From the NCBI RefSeq assembly GCF_030384885.1, contig NZ_CP128614.1: 64,000 nucleotides of DNA; one strand, 5' to 3'. Below, in pieces: positions 9,655 to 19,169 of the stretch (the stretch's first letter is position 1; each line of letters starts with the position of its first letter). Below the pieces are notes generated by a model. It searched no databases and was not told the origin of the DNA. It saw only the letters and a program-made list of their open reading frames with translations. The stretch comes from Escherichia coli (GTDB taxonomy: Bacteria; Pseudomonadota; Gammaproteobacteria; Enterobacterales; Enterobacteriaceae). The position numbers were made by a program, and so were the translations under genes.

Positions 9655-10239
9655 TTACGCATGTGCCTGGAGGAGTTGGAAATCGTCGTGTTCGGGAAAC
9701 ATTAAACACAGGATGGCAGCGATCTGAGCCAGCACATGATCAGCTAGCTCACCATCCGGATCGACGGCCCACTGCATCGTCGCGCCAGCGATGACCGAGT
9801 GCAGGAGCAACTCAGCTGCCGCAGGAGCACCTGGGGGCAGTCGCTTGCGGATCCCCTCCACCACCGCGCGGTTCCGCTGGATCGCAAGCGTGCGTAGCTC
9901 CGGCACCTGGAGCTCGTACCAGGAGATGAGATAGTTCACCGAGAAGTCGTTGCGAGTGTTCATGCTCCGAACGAGCACCTGCAAAAATTCCCAGAGCCCT
10001 TGCGGCCCTGCGCCTATCGGTATCGCATTCAGGTAATGCCGCACCTGCTCGACGCCGCGCTCCATCATCCTCACCAGCAGCGTATCGCGGTTGGTGAAGC
10101 GCTGGATTAACGCTGCGCGGGAGAGCCCCACCTCCTTTGCTACTCCGCTGAGCGTGAACTCTATGGGACCGCAACGCTTCAGCACTACGGTGGCGGCCTC
10201 GAGTACCTCGTCATCGGACTTGAGCTTGGGGCGGGGCAT
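9655..10239 (-). CDS. mphR(A): TetR-family repressor MphR(A)
   Basis: 194-aa TetR-like ORF directly downstream of mrx and mph(A) in the canonical order. Confidence 0.88.
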   Translation of the reverse strand: MPRPKLKSDDEVLEAATVVLKRCGPIEFTLSGVAKEVGLSRAALIQRFTNRDTLLVRMMERGVEQVRHYLNAIPIGAGPQGLWEFLQVLVRSMNTRNDFSVNYLISWYELQVPELRTLAIQRNRAVVEGIRKRLPPGAPAAAELLLHSVIAGATMQWAVDPDGELADHVLAQIAAILCLMFPEHDDFQLLQAHA

Positions 10240-11477
10240 CAGTGTTCACCTTCTGTATGGGTTGGGGCGGAGGCTGTGGCTGCCGCCGCCATTGTAGCAA
10301 ATTGAAGACGGAGCGAGAGTAGAGCCACGAGCCCCGCAAACACGGCCGATACAACGAGGCCAGGGAGCGGACCAGCAAGGTCGACAAACGCGCCGGCCGC
10401 AAGCATAACCATGGGCGAGGCTGACAGCATCACCGCCGAGACCGTGCCGAGTACCCGGCCGAGAAGTTCTGGCGGCGTGCGGTTGTAGATGGCAGCGTTG
10501 AGAATGGGAGAGACTGAGCCGGTCAGCAGTCCCACGAGCGCGCCCAACAACATCAGCACCGGCACGCCTGGCAACTGTGAAAGCAGAAGCGAGCCCACCG
10601 CAGAGCCACAAAATGCCACCGCCAGCCAGTTCTGCGCTGATATCCGGGCGCCGACCGACGCATGAATGGCAATGCCAAGGAGACCACCAGCCCCCATCAT
10701 TGAGGAGAACAGCCCGAGCTCTGCTACTTGGCGTCCTGCATCTACAAACAGCGCAGGCATGATGACGCTGCCGTTGGCGCCAACGATGCCCACGAAGATC
10801 ATCACTATACCAAAGAGAGGGCGCAGCAGGGGTTCGCTCCAGAGAAAAGCGACGCCGGCGCGCATGGAGAGAGTCGCCGTCGTGGTCATCGTCCGAGCGG
10901 CACGCGCGGGAAGCACCCACGCGCCGAGCAGACCTGCAAGGACGGAGCAGAACGCCGTCAGCCCGAGCGTTGGCGCAGCGCCAAGCAGGCCGATTGCGGC
11001 CCCCCCAAGGGCCGGGCCACCTAGAATCGCGACGTTCCCGATCACCGCTTTCAGTGACGAGACGCGCTCAACGGAGAGCCCGGCGACGTGGCCGAGTTTG
11101 GGCAGCTCACTGTCCTGCGCGGCCATACCGGGTGCGTCGAACGCAGCACCGAGCACCACGCAAGCGATCAGCCCAGTGTTCGAGAGGGCGCCAACGGCAT
11201 CGAGCAGTGGGATGCTCGCCATGGCCACGCCGCCCACCACACCCGAGATCAATGCGACGGGCGCGCGCCCGAACCGATCGACGAGGCCACCACCAACCCA
11301 CGCGCCGATGATGGTCGCGATGACGCTGCTAGCGGCCGTGGCGCCCGCCCAGGCCGCGCTCTTTGTATGAGACAGGACGAACCATGGAAGCGCGAGGGCC
11401 GCCACCGCGTTGCCGATCCGGAAGAGAAAGGTCGCCGCGAACAGCGTCGCGAGCGGGCTATATCGACGTTCGCTCAT
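10239..11477 (-). CDS. mrx: MFS-type membrane protein Mrx
   Basis: 412-aa multi-transmembrane ORF between mph(A) and mphR(A). Confidence 0.88.
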   Translation of the reverse strand: MSERRYSPLATLFAATFLFRIGNAVAALALPWFVLSHTKSAAWAGATAASSVIATIIGAWVGGGLVDRFGRAPVALISGVVGGVAMASIPLLDAVGALSNTGLIACVVLGAAFDAPGMAAQDSELPKLGHVAGLSVERVSSLKAVIGNVAILGGPALGGAAIGLLGAAPTLGLTAFCSVLAGLLGAWVLPARAARTMTTTATLSMRAGVAFLWSEPLLRPLFGIVMIFVGIVGANGSVIMPALFVDAGRQVAELGLFSSMMGAGGLLGIAIHASVGARISAQNWLAVAFCGSAVGSLLLSQLPGVPVLMLLGALVGLLTGSVSPILNAAIYNRTPPELLGRVLGTVSAVMLSASPMVMLAAGAFVDLAGPLPGLVVSAVFAGLVALLSLRLQFATMAAAATASAPTHTEGEH

Positions 11478-12379
11478 TCCGCTGCGGCGAGCTGCGCCTT
11501 CGCCGCAGCGAGGTACTCTTCGTTACCCGAGTCGAGGGCGAAGAGTGCGTAGGTGACCGCCCCGAACGCAAGGCGCTCCGCGATGTGGTGGGCGAGCCGC
11601 GGCCACACCCGGCCACCGGCCGCTTCATACGTGAGGAGGAGCTTCGCGAGCCCCTCTTCACCAAAGACCATAAGGTGCGCGGCCATGTCGATGGCAGGGT
11701 CATCAACGCGGGCCTCGCTCCAGTCGATCATCCCGCTGACGCGCTCCGTGTTGTCGATGAGCACATGGCCCACGTAGAGATCGCCATGCACCACCACGGA
11801 GAAATCTGGCCACGACGAATCGTCGTCGAGCCAGCGCTGCCACCGGTGGAGGCGCTTGTCGTTCACCACGAACTCGCGTCGGACGCGGTCAACGTCGTCG
11901 GCCACCTTCTGACGGGCCTGCGTCGGTGTACGGATGAGCATCCCCGCATCCACGGCGGCGGAAATGGGGACGGCATGCAGGGCGGCGAGCGCGGTCGCGA
12001 AGCTCTCCGCGAAGACCTCCGAGTCCTGCGGCACGACCCAGTCGGGCGTGGACGAACCAGGCTGGATGACCATCGCAGTCGAGTCTTCGAGCATGGGATA
12101 GGCAACGAGCTCGGCGTTGGCCACGCGCCAGTCCGGCACCGCGAACGGCAGGCGATTCTTGAGCATTGCCAGCACCCGCGCCTCTGGTTCGACCTTCGCG
12201 CTTACCTCGGCTCGGCGCGGGATGCGCAGCACCCACCGACGTCCATCGTCGACGGTGGCGATCACGATCCTATAGTCGAGCCCAAGCTCATTGACAGTCA
12301 GCGGGCCATGGAGCTTGAGCCCATGTCGGGCTGCAAGTGCGTACAGTTGGGAGGTATCGGCGGTCGTGACTACGGTCAT
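11474..12379 (-). CDS. mph(A): Macrolide 2'-phosphotransferase Mph(A)
   Basis: 301-aa ORF MTVVTTADTSQLYALAARHGLKLHGPLTVNELGLDYRIVIATVDDGRRWVLRIPRR…, recognised as Mph(A). Confidence 0.95.
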   Translation of the reverse strand: MTVVTTADTSQLYALAARHGLKLHGPLTVNELGLDYRIVIATVDDGRRWVLRIPRRAEVSAKVEPEARVLAMLKNRLPFAVPDWRVANAELVAYPMLEDSTAMVIQPGSSTPDWVVPQDSEVFAESFATALAALHAVPISAAVDAGMLIRTPTQARQKVADDVDRVRREFVVNDKRLHRWQRWLDDDSSWPDFSVVVHGDLYVGHVLIDNTERVSGMIDWSEARVDDPAIDMAAHLMVFGEEGLAKLLLTYEAAGGRVWPRLAHHIAERLAFGAVTYALFALDSGNEEYLAAAKAQLAAAE

Positions 12380-12448
12380 GATTCACTCCTGAGGGCTTGA
12401 CGGGTTTAGCCACCTAAATGTAACAGTCACGTCGGTTATATTCAATCC

Positions 12449-13268
12449 GGCACTGTTGCAAAGTTAGCGATGAGGCAGCCTTTTGTCTTATTCAAAGGCC
12501 TTACATTTCAAAAACTCTGCTTACCAGGCGCATTTCGCCCAGGGGATCACCATAATAAAATGCTGAGGCCTGGCCTTTGCGTAGTGCACGCATCACCTCA
12601 ATACCTTTGATGGTGGCGTAAGCCGTCTTCATGGATTTAAATCCCAGCGTGGCGTTGATTATCCGTTTCAGTTTGCCATGATCGCATTCAATCACGTTGT
12701 TCCGGTACTTAATCTGTCGGTGTTCAACGTCAGACGGGCACCGGCCTTCGCGTTTGAGCAGAGCAAGCGCGCGACCATAGGCGGGCGCTTTATCCGTGTT
12801 GATGAATCGCGGGATCTGCCACTTCTTCACGTTGTTGAGGATTTTACCCAGAAACCGGTATGCAGCTTTGCTGTTACGACGGGAGGAGAGATAAAAATCG
12901 ACAGTGCGGCCCCGGCTGTCGACGGCCCGGTACAGATACGCCCAGCGGCCATTGACCTTCACGTAGGTTTCATCCATGTGCCACGGGCAAAGATCGGAAG
13001 GGTTACGCCAGTACCAGCGCAGCCGTTTTTCCATTTCAGGCGCATAACGCTGAACCCAGCGGTAAATCGTGGAGTGATCGACATTCACTCCGCGTTCAGC
13101 CAGCATCTCCTGCAGCTCACGGTAACTGATGCCGTATTTGCAGTACCAGCGTACGGCCCACAGAATGATGTCACGCTGAAAATGCCGGCCTTTGAATGGG
13201 TTCATGTGCAGCTCCATCAGCAAAAGGGGATGATAAGTTTATCACCACCGACTATTTGCAACAGTGCC
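12449..13268 (-). mobile_element. IS26: IS26 variant copy (820 bp) with Tnp26 G184N
   Basis: Same terminal repeats at 12449-12462 and 13255-13268; differs from the copy at 8076-8895 by GG to AA in codon 184. Confidence 0.93.
12501..13205 (-). CDS. tnpA26: IS26 transposase, G184N allele
   Basis: Translation identical to the first copy except …KRIINATLGF…. Confidence 0.93.
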   Translation of the reverse strand: MNPFKGRHFQRDIILWAVRWYCKYGISYRELQEMLAERGVNVDHSTIYRWVQRYAPEMEKRLRWYWRNPSDLCPWHMDETYVKVNGRWAYLYRAVDSRGRTVDFYLSSRRNSKAAYRFLGKILNNVKKWQIPRFINTDKAPAYGRALALLKREGRCPSDVEHRQIKYRNNVIECDHGKLKRIINATLGFKSMKTAYATIKGIEVMRALRKGQASAFYYGDPLGEMRLVSRVFEM

Positions 13269-13412
13269 ACGCAAAGACGTAATGAGCAGTGTATCCCCTG
13301 CCACAATACCCTCTTCAGGGATGCTGTCAGTGGACGTCCAGTACTGACCCGCCAGCAAAGAATGAAATCGCTCTAAACGGTCAATGCTATTTTTGCTGAC
13401 CAGGTCACCCAT
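13269..13412 (-). pseudogene. 5' fragment of a backbone gene cut by the IS26 right end
   Basis: Minus-strand ATG at 13410-13412 opens a frame (MGDLVSKNSIDRLERFHSLLAGQYWTSTDSIPEEG…) that runs straight into the IS26 terminal repeat at 13268. Confidence 0.35.
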
Positions 13413-13662
13413 ATACTTTTCCTTCCAGATTCGTGTGTTAGGTGAATCATACCAGATTGCCCTTGCCGTCTAATAACGCAGAAAACTGTGAATCCAAAAT
13501 TCCTTAAATTCAAACCTGTCCAATATAAAAGATGGCTCTTTTTCTTATCCAGTGTTAAGCGATAATGCTCAATTTTATTTCATTATTGTCAGAATCAAAA
13601 TAATCTGAAAATAAAAAAGGCTTCAGAATTGAAGCCTCTATATTATACAACGTGAATGTATT

Positions 13663-14019
13663 TTATTTATCTTTCACCGGGTTCATTTCCCAGTATCTTT
13701 CACGTACGTTTTCTTGGCAATGGTCCGCTCGCTCCGGCGTGTCCCTTTTACGAGTAGCAAATGCTTCAATTACGGCATTCAAGTCTTTTTCTTTGATTTT
13801 AGATCCAACAGGCAAGTTTTCTTCAAACTCAGTCCTTACCAGTTCTTTCGTTTTTTTATAATCGGTTTCACTTTGGATTTCAGGTTTTAAACAAATATCG
13901 GCAACCATCACATCTGATTTGCCCGGGATCGGTTTTTTCCCGTTTTCAGATGCAAGGACCGCAGAGGAGGTAAAGGCGACAGACAGAGTTGCACATAACA
14001 GAAGGTATTTTAATTTCAT
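13663..14019 (-). CDS. Hypothetical secreted protein (signal peptide)
   Basis: 118-aa ORF with N-terminal signal sequence MKLKYLLLCATLSVAFTSSAVLA. Confidence 0.5.
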   Translation of the reverse strand: MKLKYLLLCATLSVAFTSSAVLASENGKKPIPGKSDVMVADICLKPEIQSETDYKKTKELVRTEFEENLPVGSKIKEKDLNAVIEAFATRKRDTPERADHCQENVRERYWEMNPVKDK

Positions 14020-14168
14020 GACTCACTCCATGATTATCAATGATGGTTGCTCAGACACATCATTTATACCATGCCTGTCACCGAATACGAGATCCCCATA
14101 TTTTGGCTTTAAATATTATCCAATAGGGTTTCATACACCTGGCTTCTGAAAGCAAGGTTCAAGGAGCT

Positions 14169-14786
14169 TCAGGGGGAAATCAGATTGTTGTCGACCCAGT
14201 ACTTGTGCAAACCTACCACCCAATTCCTGGAAATGGACGAAAGTTCATGCGCCAGTTCACGACAGCATTCAGGCGTAAAAATACGTATGGGTCCTGAAGT
14301 ACCGATATCAACAGACATGATAAACTCCAGAATGTTGCCATGGCATAGGTTGTTTCTCAGCCTGACAATTTCTGCTTCAGGTGTTCTCCCGGCTGCTACC
14401 TTAACCAACATATCCTGCTCGGCTGGAAATGAAAGTAATTCTACCGGCACCCCTTCCTGCTTGGCCTTTCTCAGTAAGGCATTACTCATTACGGAGATAC
14501 CCTCCAAGTCCACCAGCTCAGGAGCTGCATGCTGATCGTTAACTGTTGGTTTCAGCATCAGCGACTTCAACGTAACCATGAGTGATGTTTCAATCCCGTT
14601 CAGGAAGCTCGTACAGGCCGGTATCCATAGTTCGTGATGCAACGCCTCGGTTGCTTGTTTAAAGAACCAGTCAATCACGGGGACAGTGTGATAATCATAA
14701 TAGTGATTTATCTCGCTGAATCTTGACATATAAGCATCGTACTCAGCCTGGTCTTCAGGAGATAAAAAATTTGGTGGGAGGGGCAT
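14169..14786 (-). CDS. Hypothetical protein
   Basis: 205-aa ORF, no recognised motif. Confidence 0.45.
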   Translation of the reverse strand: MPLPPNFLSPEDQAEYDAYMSRFSEINHYYDYHTVPVIDWFFKQATEALHHELWIPACTSFLNGIETSLMVTLKSLMLKPTVNDQHAAPELVDLEGISVMSNALLRKAKQEGVPVELLSFPAEQDMLVKVAAGRTPEAEIVRLRNNLCHGNILEFIMSVDIGTSGPIRIFTPECCRELAHELSSISRNWVVGLHKYWVDNNLISP

Positions 14787-14940
14787 CAGAATCCTTTCAT
14801 CCTAGCTTGTATACCTTCTTCGTAGGCCAGCTCGCCATTATCGGTAAAAGATGGTTTTTGGTGTTTGTGACAAAGCTTAATTTTTCGTCAGGCTCGATAG
14901 CGTTACCGGAGAGATTTGATCTTTTCTCTGTAACTCGCAA

Positions 14941-14960
14941 TACTGTTTATACATACAGTA
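14941..14960 (+). promoter_or_regulatory. LexA (SOS) box upstream of the umuD-like gene
   Basis: TACTGTTTATACATACAGTA: perfect CTGT-N8-ACAG palindrome 20 bp upstream of the 14980 start codon. Confidence 0.75.
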
Positions 14961-14979
14961 TGAGAATTCGAGTGTAGCT

Positions 14980-15414
14980 ATGTCTGTTATCCTTGAGCAC
15001 ATTAGCAACAAGCCTTACGAAATGGCACCTTTTTTCAGTGATTTACTGAGCTGTGGAGTGATGAGTCCGTGCGCCGGGCATGAAGATAATGAATTAAATT
15101 TGCATGAATATGTAGTCCGTAACCGCCCCTCAACCTTCTTTGTCAGGGCGGCGGGCCTCAGTATGATCAATGCCGGTATCAATGATGGCGCTATTCTGGT
15201 TGTGGATCGGTCTTTAACGGCACGACACGGCTCTATCGTCGTTGCGCTGGTGGATGGAGAGTTCACGGTAAAGATCTTACACACGTATCCTGAGCTGCTT
15301 TTGATGCCTTCTAATCCAGCCTATAAGCCGATACGTGTAAATCCCGAATCCCTTGAGATATGGGGCGTCGTCACCTTTGCACTGAATCAGTTTAGCCATG
15401 TACATGCACGTTGA
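14980..15414 (+). CDS. umuD: UmuD/MucA-like SOS mutagenesis protein (S24 LexA-like self-cleaving peptidase)
   Basis: 144-aa ORF with a Cys-Gly cleavage dipeptide near residue 25 and an S24 serine motif (GLSMINAG). Confidence 0.8.
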   Translation: MSVILEHISNKPYEMAPFFSDLLSCGVMSPCAGHEDNELNLHEYVVRNRPSTFFVRAAGLSMINAGINDGAILVVDRSLTARHGSIVVALVDGEFTVKILHTYPELLLMPSNPAYKPIRVNPESLEIWGVVTFALNQFSHVHAR

Positions 15415-16657
15415 TATTAACGGGGCCTATGCGGCATTTGAGTGTGCGATGGATCCCAAGCTGGCAAAAAAGCCGCTCATCATAGCCAGCAATAACGATT
15501 CGTCCGTCATTGCAATGAATAAACTGGCTAAAAGCGTTGGTATTAAGCGTGGGACCCCAATTTTTAAGTGCAGGGATTTGATTCAGCAACACCAGATCGA
15601 AGTCCGGAGCTCTAACTTTACTTTGTATGAAGACTACTCAAATCGCTTCCATGAAACGCTGGAAAGCTTCGCGCCTCAATCGAGTCGATATAGCATAGAT
15701 GAAAATTTCATGTTATTGAAAAACATGAACAAGATAATAGATTATGAAGATTACGGCCGGTTGATCAGAAGTACACTTCTTCATAATCTGTCCCTTACCT
15801 GTGGTGTGGGGTGTTCAAGCACCAAAACCCTGGCTAAATTATGCACCTATGCGAGCAAACGATGGGCAGCTACAGGCGGGGTTGTAGTTTTGACTGATCA
15901 GGCCAGGATCAGGAAGCTCCTGGGCCTTATCAGTACCAGAGAAATATGGGGTATTGGTCAAAAGATCAGTGAACGCCTGTCGGCTTTCGGGATCATCACT
16001 GCCGGTGATTTTTATAATAGCGACGTTCGCTTTTTACGTAAAAGCTTTGGCGTTGAAATCGAGCGTACCTGGCGGGAACTGCATGGCGAACCATGTTTCC
16101 GGCTGCATGAATCCCCTCCTGTCCGGCAACAGATTATCGTTTCCAGAAGTTTTGGTCAGCGCCTTAATGAGATAGGCAAGCTACATGAGGCAGTTTCATT
16201 TTTTACCGCCCGGGCGGCAGAGCAGCTGCGCAAGGATGGCTCGTGGACCCGTCAAATCACAGTCTTCATTCAGAGCAGCAATTATGCGCAAGGTGAAAAC
16301 CGCTACAGCAATTGTGGTATCGAGCCGCTTACCGCTACACAGGACACCCGCGATCTGGTTGATGCAGCCATGACCATCCTGAACCGCATTTACAAACCCG
16401 GGATAGCGTATGCGAAAGCTGGGGTAATGCTCTCCGCTATGACTGACGGCACAGAGCAACTCAGCCTGTTTGATGAGCGCCCGGCCAGGCCTGGCAGTCA
16501 GGCACTGATGAAAGTTATGGACCGGTTCAATAAAGAAAAGCGCGGAGCTCTGTTTTTGCTGGGGGAAGGCATTCAACAGGATTTTCGTATGAAACAGGCC
16601 ATGCTATCACCGAGATATACGACCCGCTGGGATGAATTACTCGTTGTAAAAGCGTAG
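15398..16657 (+). CDS. umuC: UmuC/MucB-like Y-family translesion DNA polymerase
   Basis: 419-aa ORF overlapping umuD by a few codons; N-terminus (DINGAYAAFEC…PLIIASNND) is Y-family-like. Confidence 0.8.
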   Translation: MYMHVDINGAYAAFECAMDPKLAKKPLIIASNNDSSVIAMNKLAKSVGIKRGTPIFKCRDLIQQHQIEVRSSNFTLYEDYSNRFHETLESFAPQSSRYSIDENFMLLKNMNKIIDYEDYGRLIRSTLLHNLSLTCGVGCSSTKTLAKLCTYASKRWAATGGVVVLTDQARIRKLLGLISTREIWGIGQKISERLSAFGIITAGDFYNSDVRFLRKSFGVEIERTWRELHGEPCFRLHESPPVRQQIIVSRSFGQRLNEIGKLHEAVSFFTARAAEQLRKDGSWTRQITVFIQSSNYAQGENRYSNCGIEPLTATQDTRDLVDAAMTILNRIYKPGIAYAKAGVMLSAMTDGTEQLSLFDERPARPGSQALMKVMDRFNKEKRGALFLLGEGIQQDFRMKQAMLSPRYTTRWDELLVVKA

Positions 16658-16693
16658 CGGCCATGACCGGCATGGCCGTACTCATCAAAAGTG

Positions 16694-16704
16694 AAAGTAA
16701 CTTT
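16694..16704. repeat. Palindrome AAAGTAACTTT, copy a (intergenic)
   Basis: Read directly; between the umuC stop and the DsbA-like gene stop. Confidence 0.6.
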
Positions 16705-17512
16705 AGGCCCCGCGAGCTTTTTCGATTGCGCCCTGCAAAGTTGCTGCGTCCATAGCCCCGGGGATAAATGTGGTAGTCGCCGCATTCGGCTTTTTCATAT
16801 TCATAATGATGAAGCCGGGTGTGCCGGTGATCCCAAGCGCTTCGCCCAGCTGCATGTTGCCGGAGATCACGTTTTCATATCGGTTTTTTTCCCTGTCAGA
16901 AAACGTGCTGTTAAACCCTGACTTATCCACCACAGTATTAAAGTCGCTGAGTTCGAATTTGCGTTGAGAGGTCATGAAGGTATGAGCCACAGCCATCAGG
17001 TTGTTGTGGTATTTACGATAGGCTTCAGCACCGAAATTCTGATAGACGTGCAGACCCGTAGCGGCCCCCATGGCAGATACAGGTTTTGAACCGGCAAAAA
17101 TCGGGAATTCTTTAAAGAAGAATTTTACATCTTTGCTCTGATTCATTACCGATTCAACAACAGGTGTAACCCGCATGCAGTAAATACACTGATAGTCGAA
17201 GAACTCGATTACCGCGACGTCGGCGTCATCCGGGCCGATGTTTGGCGTCTCCTTGGTATCCAGCAGAGCTGGCGCATATGGAATTATTCGTTCCACTGAG
17301 GCACTTACGTTCTGATTTTCCAGCGCCTTACCTGCTTCCACTAAATAATGGGGATTTTTTACCAGGTAAGTAGCGGCAATTTTGCCAATTTCTTCCTCAC
17401 TGAGCACCTTCGGTTTAAAATAAGTTGCCGCGATTAACGCCGAGGCAGCGGTAGCAATTACCGCAGAAATTAAAATCGTGGCCATCGGTTTTAAATAAAA
17501 TTCTTTAGACAT
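16703..17512 (-). CDS. DsbA-like periplasmic thioredoxin-fold oxidoreductase
   Basis: 269-aa ORF with an N-terminal anchor/signal and a CxxC motif (DYQCIYC). Confidence 0.55.
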   Translation of the reverse strand: MSKEFYLKPMATILISAVIATAASALIAATYFKPKVLSEEEIGKIAATYLVKNPHYLVEAGKALENQNVSASVERIIPYAPALLDTKETPNIGPDDADVAVIEFFDYQCIYCMRVTPVVESVMNQSKDVKFFFKEFPIFAGSKPVSAMGAATGLHVYQNFGAEAYRKYHNNLMAVAHTFMTSQRKFELSDFNTVVDKSGFNSTFSDREKNRYENVISGNMQLGEALGITGTPGFIIMNMKKPNAATTTFIPGAMDAATLQGAIEKARGA

Positions 17513-17618
17513 AGCTACCTTTATGCTTTTCAGCCTGTTAGTTATTAACCTGCGATGGATTATACTGGCCCGGTAAATCGGAATTATTCGTGAAACAATG
17601 CTTTTTGGAGATTAAAGG

Positions 17619-18230
17619 ATGATTAGGCAGGGCTTTATACTCACAACCGCAATGCTTTTGAGTGGTTGTGGATATCATTTCGCAAACCAGGTAGATGCGT
17701 ACGATCTAATGCCTCGTCCTGTTACAAATAAAAGGTTTCAGATAGTCCCTCCGGACGAAAGTATTCAGTCCAGAATGTTTTCAGGCCGTTTTGCTGATGG
17801 ATTAGCAAAAAAAGGAGTCATTATTTCCACTCACCAGCCAGATTATGTGCTCAGGTTCCGAATGAGCAGCTCACAGGAGAACATGCAGTATAGCGAGCAG
17901 CTTCTTACTGGGGTGACAGGCTACGTTGTAGATAAAAAGACAACGAGAACTGACAAGCATGGCGAATCGCATACTGACTATGACTACAGGCCGGTCGATG
18001 GGGTAATAGGCACTGAGACGATGTCGCAGATGCACTATATGCGACAGCTGGATGTCGAGGTATACCCGTCAGCGAAAGGAGCAAAGCAGGTTCTGAAAGT
18101 GAGTATGCAAAGCAATGCACCTGTGCCGTCAGACAGCATTGCTTATTCAGCAATGATCGACGCCTTTACTGATAAATTTGATGCGCCGCTGCGTTCCGGA
18201 AATTATGTTGCAGTGATCCCCTGGAACTGA
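17619..18230 (+). CDS. Putative lipoprotein
   Basis: 203-aa ORF with lipobox (LLSGC) after a short signal peptide. Confidence 0.5.
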   Translation: MIRQGFILTTAMLLSGCGYHFANQVDAYDLMPRPVTNKRFQIVPPDESIQSRMFSGRFADGLAKKGVIISTHQPDYVLRFRMSSSQENMQYSEQLLTGVTGYVVDKKTTRTDKHGESHTDYDYRPVDGVIGTETMSQMHYMRQLDVEVYPSAKGAKQVLKVSMQSNAPVPSDSIAYSAMIDAFTDKFDAPLRSGNYVAVIPWN

Positions 18231-18289
18231 AAGCAGACGGCGGGAAGAGAATGTTCAAAAGTGACTTTTGGACACGCACATAAACGTGG

Positions 18290-18712
18290 CTATCGCCCTC
18301 CCCCATTAAAATCATAAAGTCGGTAAAGATCGCCCATCGTGATGGAATTGGGCTTATTAATGATTAGATACTGTAACTGTTCTTTATGTTGAGTACTGGC
18401 GGCTGCATTCATAAGCACTTCCAGGTAGAACTTGTAGCCTATGCTTCGCTCTGAATACATATACTGGAACTGCATCAGTAAAATGCCTGACATAACATAC
18501 AACAGCAGCAGACTGAGTAACACAGTGCTATCAGGCTGTTCCAGTGCCATACTGACATACCCTGAACCCAGAATGCACAGAAGCCAACCCGTCATTAGAG
18601 CAGGCACCCTACGACTCAGACGTTCATAACAACGTTTTATTACGGGATCCCGGAGATACTTTTTGTCAGGTATCCCCGTTGCCCTGATGACGAAGTTACT
18701 GAGTATCGACAT
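18290..18712 (-). CDS. Hypothetical membrane protein
   Basis: 140-aa ORF with predicted transmembrane helices. Confidence 0.4.
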   Translation of the reverse strand: MSILSNFVIRATGIPDKKYLRDPVIKRCYERLSRRVPALMTGWLLCILGSGYVSMALEQPDSTVLLSLLLLYVMSGILLMQFQYMYSERSIGYKFYLEVLMNAAASTQHKEQLQYLIINKPNSITMGDLYRLYDFNGGGR

Positions 18713-18745
18713 CTTTTTTCCTTCTGGACGCTCTCAGTCAATAAA

Positions 18746-19144
18746 TCAGGCCAGGCGCTCATTGAAAGCTACCACGAGCTGCGAATCGGGATTTTTTACC
18801 AGTTCGGGCCGGATAACTTTTAGTTGCCTCGTTGGGGCGAGCTCATCTGTAGGCCTGATGGTGGTATTACCCGGCCCCTTGCGGGTACTGTCGGTGTTTA
18901 CCTTGAGCTTTTTATTTCCCAGGTAGCTTTCCATCTTTTTAGAGATGGTGTCACCTGTGGTCGCAACACCAGAGAGTTCCTTTAGTTGTTCACCTTGATC
19001 CATTTGTACCGATGACATCAGAAATACGATTCCTGGATCGTTTTCCGTTCCACAGGCTCCGTACTGACATTGTGCAGCGAAAACGGGCTGTACACCTACA
19101 GCAACCAGCATTAACGTACTCAGTAAAGTAGATTTCATACACAC
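18746..19144 (-). CDS. Hypothetical secreted protein
   Basis: 132-aa ORF with signal peptide (MCMKSTLLSTLMLVAVGVQPVFA). Confidence 0.45.
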   Translation of the reverse strand: MCMKSTLLSTLMLVAVGVQPVFAAQCQYGACGTENDPGIVFLMSSVQMDQGEQLKELSGVATTGDTISKKMESYLGNKKLKVNTDSTRKGPGNTTIRPTDELAPTRQLKVIRPELVKNPDSQLVVAFNERLA

Positions 19145-19158
19145 CTCTTACAGTCGGA

Positions 19159-19169
19159 AAAGTTACTTT
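19159..19169. repeat. Palindrome AAAGTTACTTT, copy b (overlaps the DsbC-like stop)
   Basis: Read directly (GGAAAAGTTACTTTTGCGC). Confidence 0.6.

Noticed and set aside
10666-12400. Several long plus-strand ORFs across mrx and mph(A) (10666..11370, 11088..11552, 11363..12400)
   Set aside because: Arg/Pro-rich low-complexity translations typical of the antisense frame of GC-rich genes; the minus-strand genes are recognisable.
12678-13376. 232-aa plus-strand ORF across the second IS26
   Set aside because: Antisense to the IS26 transposase and reads out through the terminal repeat; not a gene.
18259-18275. Near-variants of the palindrome (AAAAGTGACTTTTGG at 18259, AAAGTCACTTTTC at 35132, and half-sites)
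   Set aside because: Central-base variants and half-sites not counted as exact copies; they may be weaker sites of the same family.
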